DNA from: Selaginella moellendorffii
Lineage: Eukaryota > Plantae > Lycopodiophyta
NCBI RefSeq assembly: GCF_000143415.4
Contig: NW_003314327.1
Coordinates: forward strand, 919,403 to 983,402
Reading direction: 5' to 3'
DNA: 64,000 bases
Shown here: positions 1 to 12,341 of the stretch, in pieces
Position numbering within the stretch: the first letter of the stretch is position 1
Layout: each line of letters opens with the position of its first letter
Program-made: the position numbers and the translations under genes
The notes under the pieces: generated by a model
What the model was told of the DNA's origin: nothing
Database searches by the model: none
Seen by the model: only the letters and a program-made list of their open reading frames with translations

Positions 1-827
1 GATTCCTTCGTCTTCTACGACTTCTGGGAGCACCTAAGATTGAAACATAGCGTTTCATGAGCTCGGAACTCAAAGAGAAACCCAATGCACAAACCTCCGG
101 CGCTTCATCTTTGGCCTCCAACAGACTTTTCCGTTTGTCTGTCTTTGGTTTTGGAAGATAGCTGATCAAAGCTATGAAATAGAAGGTTAGAAGGAAAAGA
201 ATGGTATCTAGCATCACTAAACTTACAAACTGTTCTGCTAAACGATGAGAAATGGTCGTAGTCTGGGTCACTGGGGTTCGGTGAGAAGCCGGATCGTGTA
301 AAGAATACATGCCCATAAACGGTGCCATTGTGCTTCATCACAGCCTAGAAAACAAAAAAAAAAAAAAACTTAGCAGCGGCGATCATGGCTCGGTAAGTAC
401 CTCGGAGGGAGAATAAGTAAGAACATGGTGGCGAGAGCTATCGGGCGTCCACACAGCATATGGTACGTTGGTTTCGTGCCACACGAGCGCTTGTTCGTTG
501 CCAAAATCTGCGAACTTACGATCCTCTGATAGATAGAACCACATATCCTTAAAAAACAAAGGATCAGTCGATAGACAGTGAAGTTCGATTGGAATTCAGT
601 GAAAATCTTACCAGTTTCTCGCCCTTGGAGAAGAGATTGATCGACGACATCGCAGGATCAACTGGTTGCTTCTTGAATCCAAACATCTGAGATGCCAGGT
701 ACCAGAACAAGGCCATTCGGATCATCCCCATCAGGATCTGGCCAATGCCTTGCTGCTGCGGCTGCTGCTGCTGTGCATTCCGCTGCGCGGGAGCTGGCGC
801 CGCGACGATGGGCGCTGGATTCGCCAT
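1..827 (-). CDS. CLPTM1-like (cleft lip and palate transmembrane protein 1 family) membrane protein, 5' part; runs off the window start
   Basis: ATG at 827. Exons encode MANPAP...IRMALFWYLASQMF (TM segment), NLFSKGEKL|DMWFYLSE and KHNGTVYGHVFFTRSGFSPNP, typical of the plant CLPTM1 N-terminus. GT-AG introns. Confidence 0.85.
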
Positions 828-906
828 TGGAACCGAAGCGACTAAGAGGAAGGACTAGGGCTTTTGGAAGCCCTTTTTTAGGGTAGTGGGATTTTGGCCT
901 TGAGCA

Positions 907-3900
907 ATGGGAGTAGGGCTGGAGGCCGTGCGCCGGCTGAGCGATGTCCTCGCTCGGCAGAAGGCGGGCGTGGAGGATCGCCTGGATTTGCTGATCGATC
1001 AGAAGCGTGGCCTCCATGGCATTGTCGCTGCTTCGCGATATCTGGCCGCCAGAACCAGCGTCACTGGCAGCGATAAGCAGCGGGATCTACTGCTCTACGT
1101 CGCGGGATTCATCGATCAGCTCCCGACCATGGCAATGCAGGCGATTGGGAGCTCCGAGGCTGATTTCTTCGCGGAGTTGGCGAGATATCTGGTGAGCATT
1201 GTGGAGAAGTGGCCGGTTGCTTGCTCCACCTTCAGCAAATCTTTAGCGATCGTGCTGGAAGGCTTCGATCCTTCGCAGGGGGCGACCTCTCCGTGCAGGG
1301 CCTTCCTCTGCGCAGTGTCGATGAATTGCTTCCGAGTGGACGAAGCTGCCGTGGATCAGATTGGTGATTGCCTGTTGCGAAAGTGGATCGTTTCCAGTGA
1401 CGAAGATAGTTCCTCTCCTCGGGGGAACGAGTCCATTGACGATTTGGAGAGGTATAAGATCGGGCTAAGGTTGTTTATAAACATCATGGGGAAGTCCAAG
1501 GACGCTCAGGTTTTAAAGCTCCGGTCAGCATCAGTTAGGCAGCTCAAGACTTTGATTCCACTGCTCAAGGTAGCGATCGCGACACTTTCCTCGTGGATGC
1601 TTGATACTAGAACTGATGTTTTCCTTTTCTTCGCTCCAGATCCGAAAGCGAGAGTTAAATGGTGGCGAAGTTCCTTTGAAACAGACAATATGCTTGAAGA
1701 TGGAGGTGGCTCAAGTGGCAGCAATCTTGCAAACCAAGTCGCTGTTAAGTTCTCGGAATTCCTCGGACGGGCTTGTGTGGGAGACCGTCACATTGCTTAT
1801 GGATGTGGCCGATTCGTGCATTACGTCTCCCTGGCGGAGGATCCAGGCTTGTGAGGTGCTGTTCGAGAGCCTTTTATCCAGCGTCGCCGAGATTGTTAGT
1901 GCTCATGGGAACCGAACAATTTTACATCGTTTGAGGCTTTTGATCTTGTGCACTTGCGCTTACGTAAGTACATTGCTCTTGTTGTTTCTTCTCGCTCACA
2001 TTTTGTATCACAGGCTGATACATGGGGAACAAATCAAGGAGCTCTGTTCAAGAGCGTTGTCAGGTCAACCTGTTCTATCATTCAAGCGGGATGGAACGAG
2101 GACAGGTCTGCAGTCGAGTCTTTTCTTTTGTCGTTGGCTGCACATGTTCGACAACATTCTGAACAGGTTAATCGTTAAGAAGAAAGAATTCTCGTTTCTC
2201 TAACTGGTAACATGATCAGGAAGACAAAGAAAAGCCTACAGTAGCTGTTATGCAGCTGAACGTGATTCCTCTTCTTGCTGAAATTGCAGCGATGCTCAAT
2301 AAATCAGAGGCGGTGGATATGTTGATGCCGATGTTCATAGAGTGTTTAGAAGAGGGAGACGCTTCAGCGCCATCCTTGTTACGTCTTCGGGTAATGTTTT
2401 AATCTGTCTTTGTGAAGATACTAATCGATCATGCAGCTGCTAGACGCAGTGGCTCGTATGGCTGGCTTGGGCTTTGAGAAGTCGTACAGAGAAGCCATAG
2501 CCTTACTTACGAAGAGTTATAAGGACAAGCTTTCAACTGTGGGATCTACACATAGCAGGACGTTAGCTCCTGAAGCTACAACTGAACGTGTTGAGGTAAT
2601 AAAAAACTATCTTGTAGGTGAAGTGTAATTTTTCTGTCTTAATAAGTGCTCCGCAGACACTCCCTCTTGCGTTTTACGTAATTGCAGGCGGTCTGAAGGA
2701 TCACGTTTTGCGAAATGACTACCGGCAACGCCTGCTCATATTGTGCTCGGAAGTGGGGCTTGTTGCTGAAGCTAAGAGCGGAAGGTAGGTACTTAGTCCT
2801 GCACATATTTGTGGGTGTTAATGGTTTAAAAAATTTCTTTTGCAGAAGCGGTGCTGATTTGCTTGGACCTCTGCTTCCCGCTGTAGCAGAAATATGCTCC
2901 GATTTTCAGCCTTCTCGAGCAGTTGAGCCTTCTCTTCTGAAGCTGTTCCGCAACTTGTGGTTTTATATCGTGCTATTTGGCTTAGCACCTCCAATTCAAA
3001 GGGAACAATCGTCCTTAAAATCGTACGCCATAAGCACAAGTAGTATGGGCAGCATGAGTGCGATGGCGTTACAAGCAGTGGCAGGACCTTATCTTTGGAA
3101 TGCGCAGTGGTCAGCAGCTGTACAACGCTTAACCGAAGCTACACCACCGCTGGTAGGAAGAGTTTCGTTATGCTGCAAATTTGTGATCTTTTCTTTGTTT
3201 GTGCAGCTGGTCAGCTCAGTAAAATGGATGGAAGATGAGCTGGAGCTGAATGCACTTCATAATCCCGGTAGCCGGCGAGGTAGTGGCAACGAAAAAGCCG
3301 TTACAGCACAAAGAGCGGCTCTAGCGGCCTCGCTGGGCGGTCGTGTGGAGATCTCTTCATTGAGCACGATTTCAGGTATTTGTTGCGCCTTCTGTAATTT
3401 TGCTAACGGGTTTCTGAGCAGGCGTCAAGGCTACATATTTGCTCGCTGTCTCCTTTCTTGAAGTCTTGCGATTTAGTTGTAATGGTGGCATATTGAGAAC
3501 TCAAAATCCGGAGACTCGGAGCTCGTTAATATGCACCTTCATGTACCTTGAGACACCTCAATTAACTCCAGATGTTTATCAGTGTCTTTCTGCAATGGTT
3601 CACCGAGCTTTTGATGCAGCTATCACATGGCTGGTAAGTACGCTGGTCGCTATTGTTTTCTGCTGACATTCGAGTGTTCCAGTGTGACAAAGCTACCGCC
3701 AGCGAAGACGAGAAAGATTCAGTGCTAATGGCTCATGCGACATTTTTAATTCAACAGCTGACTCATCGCAACGAGAACATTAGAGAAATGGCAGATAGCT
3801 TGTTGAGCCAACTAAGAAATCGATTTCCACAAGTGAGTATACTGTCTTATTAGTTCAAGCTAAAACGACTAGTTTTTTTCAGGTTCTTTGGAATCCTCGT

Positions 3901-6900
3901 TGTGTGGATCTGCTACTAAATTTGCTTGGCGGTATATCATCTTCTGCTCTAGCATCTGATCCAGGTGCCATGGTCGCTTGTCGAATGCTTGTGCAACAGA
4001 GAGTTCGAGAATGGATAACTTACTCGCTGCTCCTCGCTCCTGCCACGACGCAGGGGCTGTTAGAGGTATGGTAATCCTGATGTTAAACGTTACTGAAAAT
4101 TTCCTTTATTTTTGCAAGGAACAATTTCGGAAACTGAAGAAAACTGCACATACGAGTGAACTTATCATATTATTTTCTGATCTACATCTCGACGTGACAA
4201 AAATGGATATGAGTGGACAAGCTGCAATTATCCCTGCTGTTACGGCAGCGGCAGCAGCGGCCGCAGGCGCAAATTCAACAACTGTGGAGGTCCTTTCCAC
4301 CGGTGTGATTAGCGCGAACGTGAAGTCAAATTACGTGGGCGAAATTGTGGGCATGAAGAAGCTATATGCTGGGATCAACATCAACCAACTGCAAGATACC
4401 AAGGCGTTGACAGCGGTCTGGCTAAGCAGCAAAGTGGATGGGAAATCTTCTCCGGAAGAGGAAGACGCGTCCCTTTCAGCTTTGCTCTTCTCCAGGTTTC
4501 TGTTGTGTCTACAGCAGTTCGTTACTGCGGCTGAACGCGGTGAAAGTGTCGATGCTGCAGAATATCACGAAGCTTGCCTCCGTGCCACGGCCCTTCTGCT
4601 CTCAGACATGGTAATGCACTTGTTTCATTGTACCAATTGTTACTGACTTTCTTCTTTCCTGCAAGGCCTTATGCAGAATGACGACATCTGAGAGCTTCGT
4701 GCAACTTTTGCGTCTGTTATGCTGGTGTCCCGCATACATTTTCACTCCCGCTGCTATGGAAACTGGCATTTTTGTATGGTCCTGGCTCCTTTCTGCAGCG
4801 CCACAGTTAAGATGTTCATTACTTTCGGAGTTAGTTGACGCTTGGCTGTGGACTGTAGACACTAGTCGTGGTTTATTTGGTGCAGAAAATTGTGGTCCTG
4901 CAGCCAAACTACGACCTCACCTCACACCGGGTGAGCCCGTAACAGTGAAGGATTCGATTGAAGGGATATTAGCTCATCGCCTGTGGCTAGGATTTCTTCT
5001 GGACCGTTTTGAGGTGAAAAACGCGTTTCAACTTTGGTATTTCTGCTCATGCAATAATTGTTAGTAGGTTGTCAAGCATAATAGCAGAAAGGAGCTGCTT
5101 TTAATTGGGAGATTACTTCAGGGGTCTGTGAAGAAACCTCGTTTTACGCCCCATCCTGCGGCAACCGGGACTTTTTTTACACTTATGCTGCTAGGATTCA
5201 AATTTTGCGCGTGGCAGCTACAAAACTTGCAGTCTATCGAAACTGCAGGAATATTTCTCCTGGAAGACCGCATCTACAGGTAAGTTCAAATTCTCATGTA
5301 CACGAACTAATTTCTTAGTTTTGTAGATCTGCTTTGAGCTGGTTTGCCGCTGAACCAGGCTGGTATGACTGGAAAACCGAGGGTGATGCTCAAAGTGAAG
5401 CACAGGCCGTGTCAACATTTGTGTATTATCTAACGTCGTATCAGCATGAGCCATCAGAAAATTTAAAATCTGGGACACAGGAAAATGGTTATATATCAAA
5501 TTTTAGGAATGTACAGGTATCTTTATCTAGATTGCCGTTTTTCATTCATGTGTAATACTGCGTTCTAATAGCTTGACGGGAAACATGGTCAGACGGGGAA
5601 GGAGAGAGTAAAGCAGCTGCTGTTGATGTTATCTCAACACGAAGCTGATAGGCTTGAGACGTGGGCGTTCCCTTTAAAGTAAGTTCTACACACTCTGTTA
5701 ATTCATATTCAAACTTGTATGGCTGCAGGGATTTTGTCCCCAGGCTCCGCGTCCATGCAGATAGGTTACTAGAGTTCGCAAAAACTGCGTGGCTGATAGA
5801 TCCTCGCATTGCTTTATCGTTGGTCGCGAGGTTTCCAGCTTTCAACAATTTGAGATCGGAAGTGGCTGTCATGGTGCAGGTTCGTTATCGAAAATATAAA
5901 ATTCTTAAATCTTTGTGACGGTTTCTGTTCAGGAACACCTTACTGAACTACGGGAAATTCCGGAAGCTCTACCATACTTTGTGACTCCCAAGGCTGTAGA
6001 TGAAAATTCACCTTCTTTGCAACAACTTCCTCACTGGGCTCTGTGCTCGATAACTCGCGCCTTGGAGTTCTTGACTCCTCCTTACAAGGGCCATCACAGA
6101 GTAATGGCCTACGTGCTTCGTGTAATGGAGTCCTATCCACCTGAACGAGTTACCTTTTTCATGCCACAACTTGTTCAAGCGCTTCGCTACGATGATGGGG
6201 TAAGGAATAGTTTCTGTGTGAGCATAAAACGTATATATGTACCTTTTAGGGACTTGTCGAAGGGTATCTTATGGTTGCTGCTAAGCGAAGCAACCTTTTT
6301 GCACATATTCTGATATGGGAGCTTCAGGTAGGCTTCCATACTGCTTAGTAATTTATCCTTATTCTCGTAAATGCTAGGGTGAGGAGGTTCCAACTGAAGA
6401 ATTAAACAAGGATGCCAAAGATTCATTGGGACCCAAGGTTGGAGTATTTATGAAGAATGTAAAGTTCTAATGTGGAATGCTCGCAGGGTGTATCACTGTC
6501 CGAAATAGTACCACGAGTTAAACAACGAATCATCGACAGTTTTACAGCTGAGACATACGACATTTTCATCCGGGAATTTAGATTTTTTGACCAAGTGACC
6601 TCGATCTCGGGGTTCCTGTATCCCTTACCGAAGGAAGAACGTCGAGGTGCAATCCGACAGTAAGTTTCCATCATGTTTTAGTCGCTGTAGCTCACTATCA
6701 TTTCAGGCAATTAGAAAAGATTGAAGTGACGGGAGACGATTTGTACTTGCCAACCGCTCCGAACAAGCTTGTCCGAAGCATACAATTGGACAGTGGAATC
6801 CCTTTGCAATCAGCTGCCAAAGTTCCGATCATGATCACATTTAATGTCGTGGATAAGGAGGGAGATTCCAAGGATATCATACAACAAGCCTGCATTTTCA

Positions 6901-7913
6901 AGGTTTTGTGATTTTCTAGAGACTTTTTAGTCCGACTCGGTTGATGCAGGTTGGAGATGATTGCCGTCAAGATGTCCTGGCTCTTCAAGTCATTGCTCTG
7001 CTCAGGGATATCTTCCAAGCTGTGGGACTAGACCTCTATGTTTTTCCTTATGGTGTTCTACCGACTGGCTATGGCAGAGGAATAATTGAGGTGACAAACT
7101 TATGAGACTTTTAAATCTCACGTTTCTTCTACTTTTTCCAGGTGGTACCAAATACTCGAAGCCGTAATCAAATGGGAGAGATTAGCGACGGTGGACTATA
7201 TGAGCTTTTCCAGCAGGACTATGGGCCAGTGGGTTCTGTCCGCTTTGAAGCAGCTCGCGACAAGTTTATTGTAAGTAGCGCTGGATACGCAGTTGCCAGT
7301 CTTCTGCTACAACCCAAAGACCGGCATAACGGCAACCTTCTATTCGACAAGTAAGTTAAAACCCGTTTTTTCCGTTTAAGCTGTTTTACATGGGGTCCGT
7401 TTTTCAGTGAAGGCAGACTGGTGCACATAGATTTCGGATTCATCCTCGAGACGTCGCCAGGGGGAAACCTGCGATTCGAGAGCGCGCAGTTCAAGCTGAG
7501 CCACGAGATGACCCAGTTGATCGATCCATCCGGCGTCATGAGAAGCGAGACCTGGAACCGGTTTGTCAGGTTTGTGTTTCTAGTTTCCGTTGAGGCGTCC
7601 GCGTCCCCGGCAATTAAAAAACGTGTTCTTATGGTTTTGTCGGTGCTTGGACAGCTTGTGCGTGAAAGGATACTTGGCAGCGAGGCAGCATATGGATGGC
7701 ATTGTTAACACAGTGCTGCTGATGATCGACAGCGGATTGCCGTGCTTTAGCCGAGGAGATCCCATTGGCAACTTACGCAGGCGCTTTCATCCGGATATGA
7801 CCGAACGAGAGGCCGCCAACTTTATGATCCGGACGTGCGCAGATGCGTATAACAAATGGTCGACTGCGGGGTATGATCTGATCCAGTACCTCCAGCAAGG
7901 AATCGAAAAGTAG
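907..7913 (+). CDS. PI4KA1: Phosphatidylinositol 4-kinase alpha (type III), multi-exon
   Basis: PIK helical domain ([19 protein letters not shown]) and kinase motifs [37 protein letters not shown]; C-terminus [13 protein letters not shown]. About 25 short GT-AG introns. Confidence 0.96.
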
Positions 7914-8047
7914 CCGAGCCAGAAGCCCGTGAATCGAACGAAGAAAAGAAACAAGATACGTTTTCTTTCTTTTTTTCTGGCTTCTCATCATCAACATCAT
8001 CATAATCGTGTATAAACAGAGCTCTTCTCGTGAATTGAGTCAGAACT

Positions 8048-8976
8048 TCAAGAAGCTCTGCCGAGCAACCAATCGAGCACTCCGCAGCATCCGGAAGCTC
8101 TCTCAGCCAACTGAAGAGAATCGAATGGCACTGTTAGAACAGGGAAGAGGGAGACAAAAAAAAGTTACCTTTTGGGGGGTGGACTCGTGACCGGCCTGTA
8201 GCTTTTGGTCGCCATCGCTGGTAGTAGCAGCAGCAGTGATGGGCTTGGATGTGTCGATGGTAGCTGCCACATCTTCGACAGTAGCAGTGGACTTTTGATC
8301 TTCAAAGCTAGCGGCAGTAGCAGCAGCAGCAGGGTCGTGATCTTCAATGGGAGTATCGCGATCTTCAGTGGGAATGTTGTGATCTTCAGTGGGAGTAGTA
8401 GCGACGGTGTTGTGATCTTTAGCAGCGGCAGGAGGAGGCTCGAGCTCATCGACTTTTTCCGTATGGCGTTCTTGGTCTGCGAGATGATGGTGGTCGTCCT
8501 CTGGTTCTTCGTGAGCGTGGAACTTGGTGGGAGTTTGCGGCGGTGGGGTGCCAACATCAAACTCGGCGGACTGCCTCACCCATTCCTCCACGTTGCTGTG
8601 CTTGCGGTCCTGCTGCTTGCGCCGCTCCTCATCGTCCCCCTGTTGGTGAAGATGGTGCTCCAGATCCAGATTTGGGGGCTCGTGATGCTGGTGGTGGTGC
8701 TGGGATCTCGGTGTCGGCGTCGTGGCCGCGCTGCTGCTCAGATCGTCATCGTCCAGGAGGGACTCGCTACCCGTCTCTGCGAGAAAGAAGAATCACTCAA
8801 TCAGCAGCCATCGCTTCACACAACAGTGAGCTCGCGCTGTGCGTGTGTGTGTGTGTGTGTGAGCCCTTTTGCTTACCTGATCCATTGCCATTGTGGTGCT
8901 GCCGCTCTTCCTCAGCGCGCTGCTCGCGCTGCTTTCGCCGCCGCGCTGCTTGCCGCTTCTTAGGGCCGGACGGCAT
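8048..8976 (-). CDS. Uncharacterised plant protein, 256 aa: basic N-terminus MPSGPKKRQAARRRK, acidic low-complexity middle, C-terminal GCCGVLDWLL motif
   Basis: Manually spliced exons 8976-8877, 8776-8169 and 8110-8048 are in frame (771 nt) with GT-AG introns. The termini resemble the plant MPSGAKKRKAAKKK...SCCGLF family. The ORF track shows only a fragment. Confidence 0.8.
8337..8421 (-). repeat. Imperfect 21-nt tandem repeat in CDS (PTEDHNI/PTEDRDT/PIEDHDP)
   Basis: G(T/C)GATCTTCA recurs at 8337, 8358 and 8379, with a degenerate copy at 8412. Confidence 0.8.
8843..8861. repeat. (GT)9 microsatellite in intron
   Basis: Directly visible; lies within intron 8777-8876. Confidence 0.95.
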
Positions 8977-9480
8977 TATCCCTCCCTCCCGCCCTCTCTC
9001 TCGCTATCTCTATCGCTCGCTCACTCTCTTCTCTAGCTAATTATGATAGCGCTCTGTTTTGGACACGCAAAAAGGGGCTCTGCCAAATTGGTGGGGACTC
9101 ACCACTAATAAACGCGAATTTCTAACCCTAATGATAGCAGAATATTCCTTCCCGCCCAGCAAAATCTAGGGTTCTTCGCGTCCGGGATTTATCCACTGGC
9201 TCAGAAACCACTCCTGCCTAATGCCAAGAAACAATGCTGCCTTAGATCTTGCGAGCTGCTAGAAATCCGTGAATCTGAGATCGTGCTTACCAGGGCGGCG
9301 TAATCCTCTTCGGTGAGGAGGGACTCGGTGATCGTTTCCAGGCCAAGCTCGGCGCTTTCTCCCTCGCGATGGTCTCTTTCCTCCTCCTCCCTGCTGCGCC
9401 GTGGATTGTCCGCCGCTATCGCATCGCCGCGGAGCCGCTCAATCGGGCTCGCGGTGGAGAGGATTTCGGCGATTTCGGAG

Positions 9481-9726
9481 CTACCGATCAGCAGCACGGC
9501 GATCCGGAATGATCATCGATCGCGCTGCCGTGCTCCTGGATTCCCTCCTGCGCGCTACTGTCGTAGGTGCCTCGTTGTTCCCATCCTCGTCTGCCACCCG
9601 GAGAAAGACGCGCGCATTCGTGAGAATCGCGAGCACCCTGGCGGATTCCACAAAGAACCGGCGATAGCAAGCTCGCCGATCGGACGCATCGGCGATGAAC
9701 TCCAATGGGAGCTTCCTCTTCCCCAT
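9481..9726 (-). CDS. Degenerate type I-like MADS-box ORF, 81 aa; microprotein or pseudogene
   Basis: MGKRKLPLEFIADASDRRACYRR---FFVESARVLAILTNARVFLRV aligns by eye to the MADS consensus MGRxKLxIxxIxNxxxRxVTFxKRRxGLxKKAxELSxLCxAxV, with a ~3-aa deletion. Intronless, early stop. Confidence 0.6.
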   Translation of the reverse strand: MGKRKLPLEFIADASDRRACYRRFFVESARVLAILTNARVFLRVADEDGNNEAPTTVARRRESRSTAARSMIIPDRRAADR

Positions 9727-9794
9727 TTTTCTATTTCTCCACGATTACTCTTTTAACCATTAGGTTTTTTGGCGCTTTGTTAGGGCTTTAGGCT

Positions 9795-12213
9795 ATGAGC
9801 GTGGGAGCGATGGAGGCCACGGCGGTGAACTGGGGCGCGCTAGATGCGCTGGTGCTGGATTACTGCATCGCGGAGGAGCTAGTCGTCGTGGAGGACGATC
9901 TAGTGGATGATTCTAGTCGAGGTAACGTCGCTGCTCGGGACGCCATTCGGCAGATTAGGTCTCTCATCGAGTGTGGTGCCATCACCGAGTCTGTGGCGCT
10001 CCTCACCAAGCATGCGTCGCTGCTGATGCAGGACCAGCGATTTCTTTTCTGGCTCTATAAGCAGGTGAGTGATTTCTTCGATTGTTCTATTGATTCAGCT
10101 CCTGCTTTCTCCATCCAGCACTTCATAGAAATTCTCCGTGGTGGTGGAAACGCTGCTCGTTTGCAGGCGATTGAGTGCTCTAGATCTCAGCTCGGGCCTT
10201 GCGCTCTTAACGCTTATCCGGTGGGTTTTTCTTCTTTTTTCTTTCTCCCTCGACTTAGTGCTGCTCGATATGCAGGAAGCGTACGAGGAGTTCAAGCGAG
10301 TTCTTCTTGCCTTGATATATGATAGTGATTATCAAAATTCTCCAGTTGCTGAAGAGGTTTGCATCAAAAAGTTTCGCTCACCTCGATTTACTGATTTGCA
10401 TTCTCGTTGCAGTGGTGCGAAGCGAGACGAGCAAACCTGGCGGCAACGGTGGCATCCACTTTGAAAGCTCACATGCATGCCGATGATCCACTTTTCTCCT
10501 TGGCGATTTGCTACTTGATCAGGTTTGTGTCACTGCTTTGGAAGCTACCTAACCTCCGGTTTGTTTGTCAGTGTACACAACGCGTACTGCATGAGAAAGA
10601 ATTTGCCGCTTGGAGATATCGCGTCCGGCATACTTCTTAAAGACCGAGATCCTCCTCCGGCGTTTCAAGACCTGTCTGGGGAAGTGCAAACTTTCAATGA
10701 GGTACTGTTTTGCATCTGCTACCGTTTTCTGTTCACGAACCAGATGGTCACGTCTCAGGCGTCCAACCTCTGTGCCAGGTTGATGTACAAGCTCTAGCAC
10801 AGGCGGCGGAGCTTCCCAGGCACGATGCCATCCACAGTCTAAGGTACACGCGCGGAGATGTCATGGCGGCTTTGAAGGTTTATTATCCGTTTTTTTTTTT
10901 TCTTACATCACTGCTTTCCTAATCTCGTTTTTACCTCACAGAATGAGCTGAGCAGAATAAGAATAAACACATCCATCCTTGACAAGCTGGTGTGGGAATA
11001 TTGCGTCTACAGAGGCTTGATTAACACCAGTCCAGAAGTCTCGAGTTCAGCGGATTCCGTGGCATCGCCGTCTGGAAGAACGACAGACGTTATGGATGAA
11101 GACTCCTCACCGCGCATTGGTTCTGGGGATACAGTCTGTTCTAGAGCGGAAGAGGCTGATAGTAGTAGGAGCAAGAGCTACAGATGGAAGGGTAGACGTT
11201 CCAGCAAGCAACAGATGGCTGTGGTAAAAGCCGACGTGGAGATGGTGCCAGCAGAAAATTCAGTCAGTCTTTCCTTATCGCGTGCATTGGATTTGAGACT
11301 TAGATCGGCTGTTTTATAGGGGACACCTGATGCAGCCTTTGAGAAATACAGACGATCGGTACAAATACGGCAGCTGATCACGGAGAAGAAGATTCCGGAG
11401 GCAATTCAAGAAGTGGAACACTTGGACCCGTGTTTCTTTGAGAACCACCCGCAGCTGCTGTTCCAAATGAAACAGGCAAGGAGATGATATTATCCATTCA
11501 ATTCATTCATGAATTATTTCGTTTCCAGGTAGCGTTTTGTGCTTTGATAGAGGCTGGAGATCATAGCCGGGCGTTGGAGATCGCGAGGGTGGACTTGGGA
11601 CCTCTTGCTGCAAAGCACGCGGATTTGCTCAAGCCTTTAAAGGAGACGGTGTTGAGTTTAGCGCGCAACCCGGGGGAGGCGTGCTCAAATCAAACACCAG
11701 TCGCTGCTCTTGCCGCATCTGTACAGGTAGAGCGAAAACTCTGTTCCCTGAATCCACACTGATATCTTGTCGGCGCGTGCAGATGACTTTAAGTGCGAGC
11801 TTGGGCATCAGGGAGCCTCAACTCATGAAACTAATGAGGACTTGCCTGTTTGCTCACACGGAATGGTTCAAAGTCCAGATGTGCTCGGATCCTTTCGCGG
11901 ACCTTCTCCAGATCAACTTGCTCAAGGAGGAAGAAGGCGCACCGTCCAAGGTGTCTGCACAGAAAGCGGAATCCGGCAGCGCGGAGCAGCAGCAGCAGCA
12001 GCAGGTTCCTCCGCAAGAGAAGCCACCGTTTGAAGAGTCCGCCATCTTGACAATCATGGTAACTTTGGGAGTTTTTCTTTCTTACATCGTGTGGAAACCT
12101 CGGGGCTTTTGTTTTTGCAGGAGTGGATGGCATTGCCTCGTGGAGATGCCATCCAGCTTTTGGTGGATTACCATGGGAGCGTGGAGGAGGTTTTTGCACA
12201 GCTTATGGGTTAG
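9795..12213 (+). CDS. LisH/CTLH/CRA-domain protein (GID/RanBPM complex-like) with UBA-like C-terminus
   Basis: LisH-like VNWGALDALVLDYCIAE and LDKLVWEYCVYRGL; CTLH-like LLFQMKQ; C-terminus EWMALPRGDAIQLLVDYHGSVEEVFAQLMG* (stop at 12213). One GC-AG intron. Confidence 0.85.
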
Positions 12214-12341
12214 AAAACAGTGTCTTCTTCTTCATAGTAAAAGCACAGTTACATTGGATAGATCCTGTGAATCAAAGACCAAAATTTTAAGAGACACAAA
12301 CTGGTAGTACAGGAGGGGAGCTTGAAGATCACGCGGGAGGC

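Noticed and set aside
5517-5571. PI4KA intron beginning GTATCTTT (U12-like donor)
   Set aside because: No CCTTRAC branch site near the acceptor; more likely U2-type.
8205-8963. 252-aa hydrophobic plus-strand ORF resembling a membrane protein
   Set aside because: It is the antisense shadow of the acidic/His-rich minus-strand gene, whose splice sites and terminal motifs are coherent.
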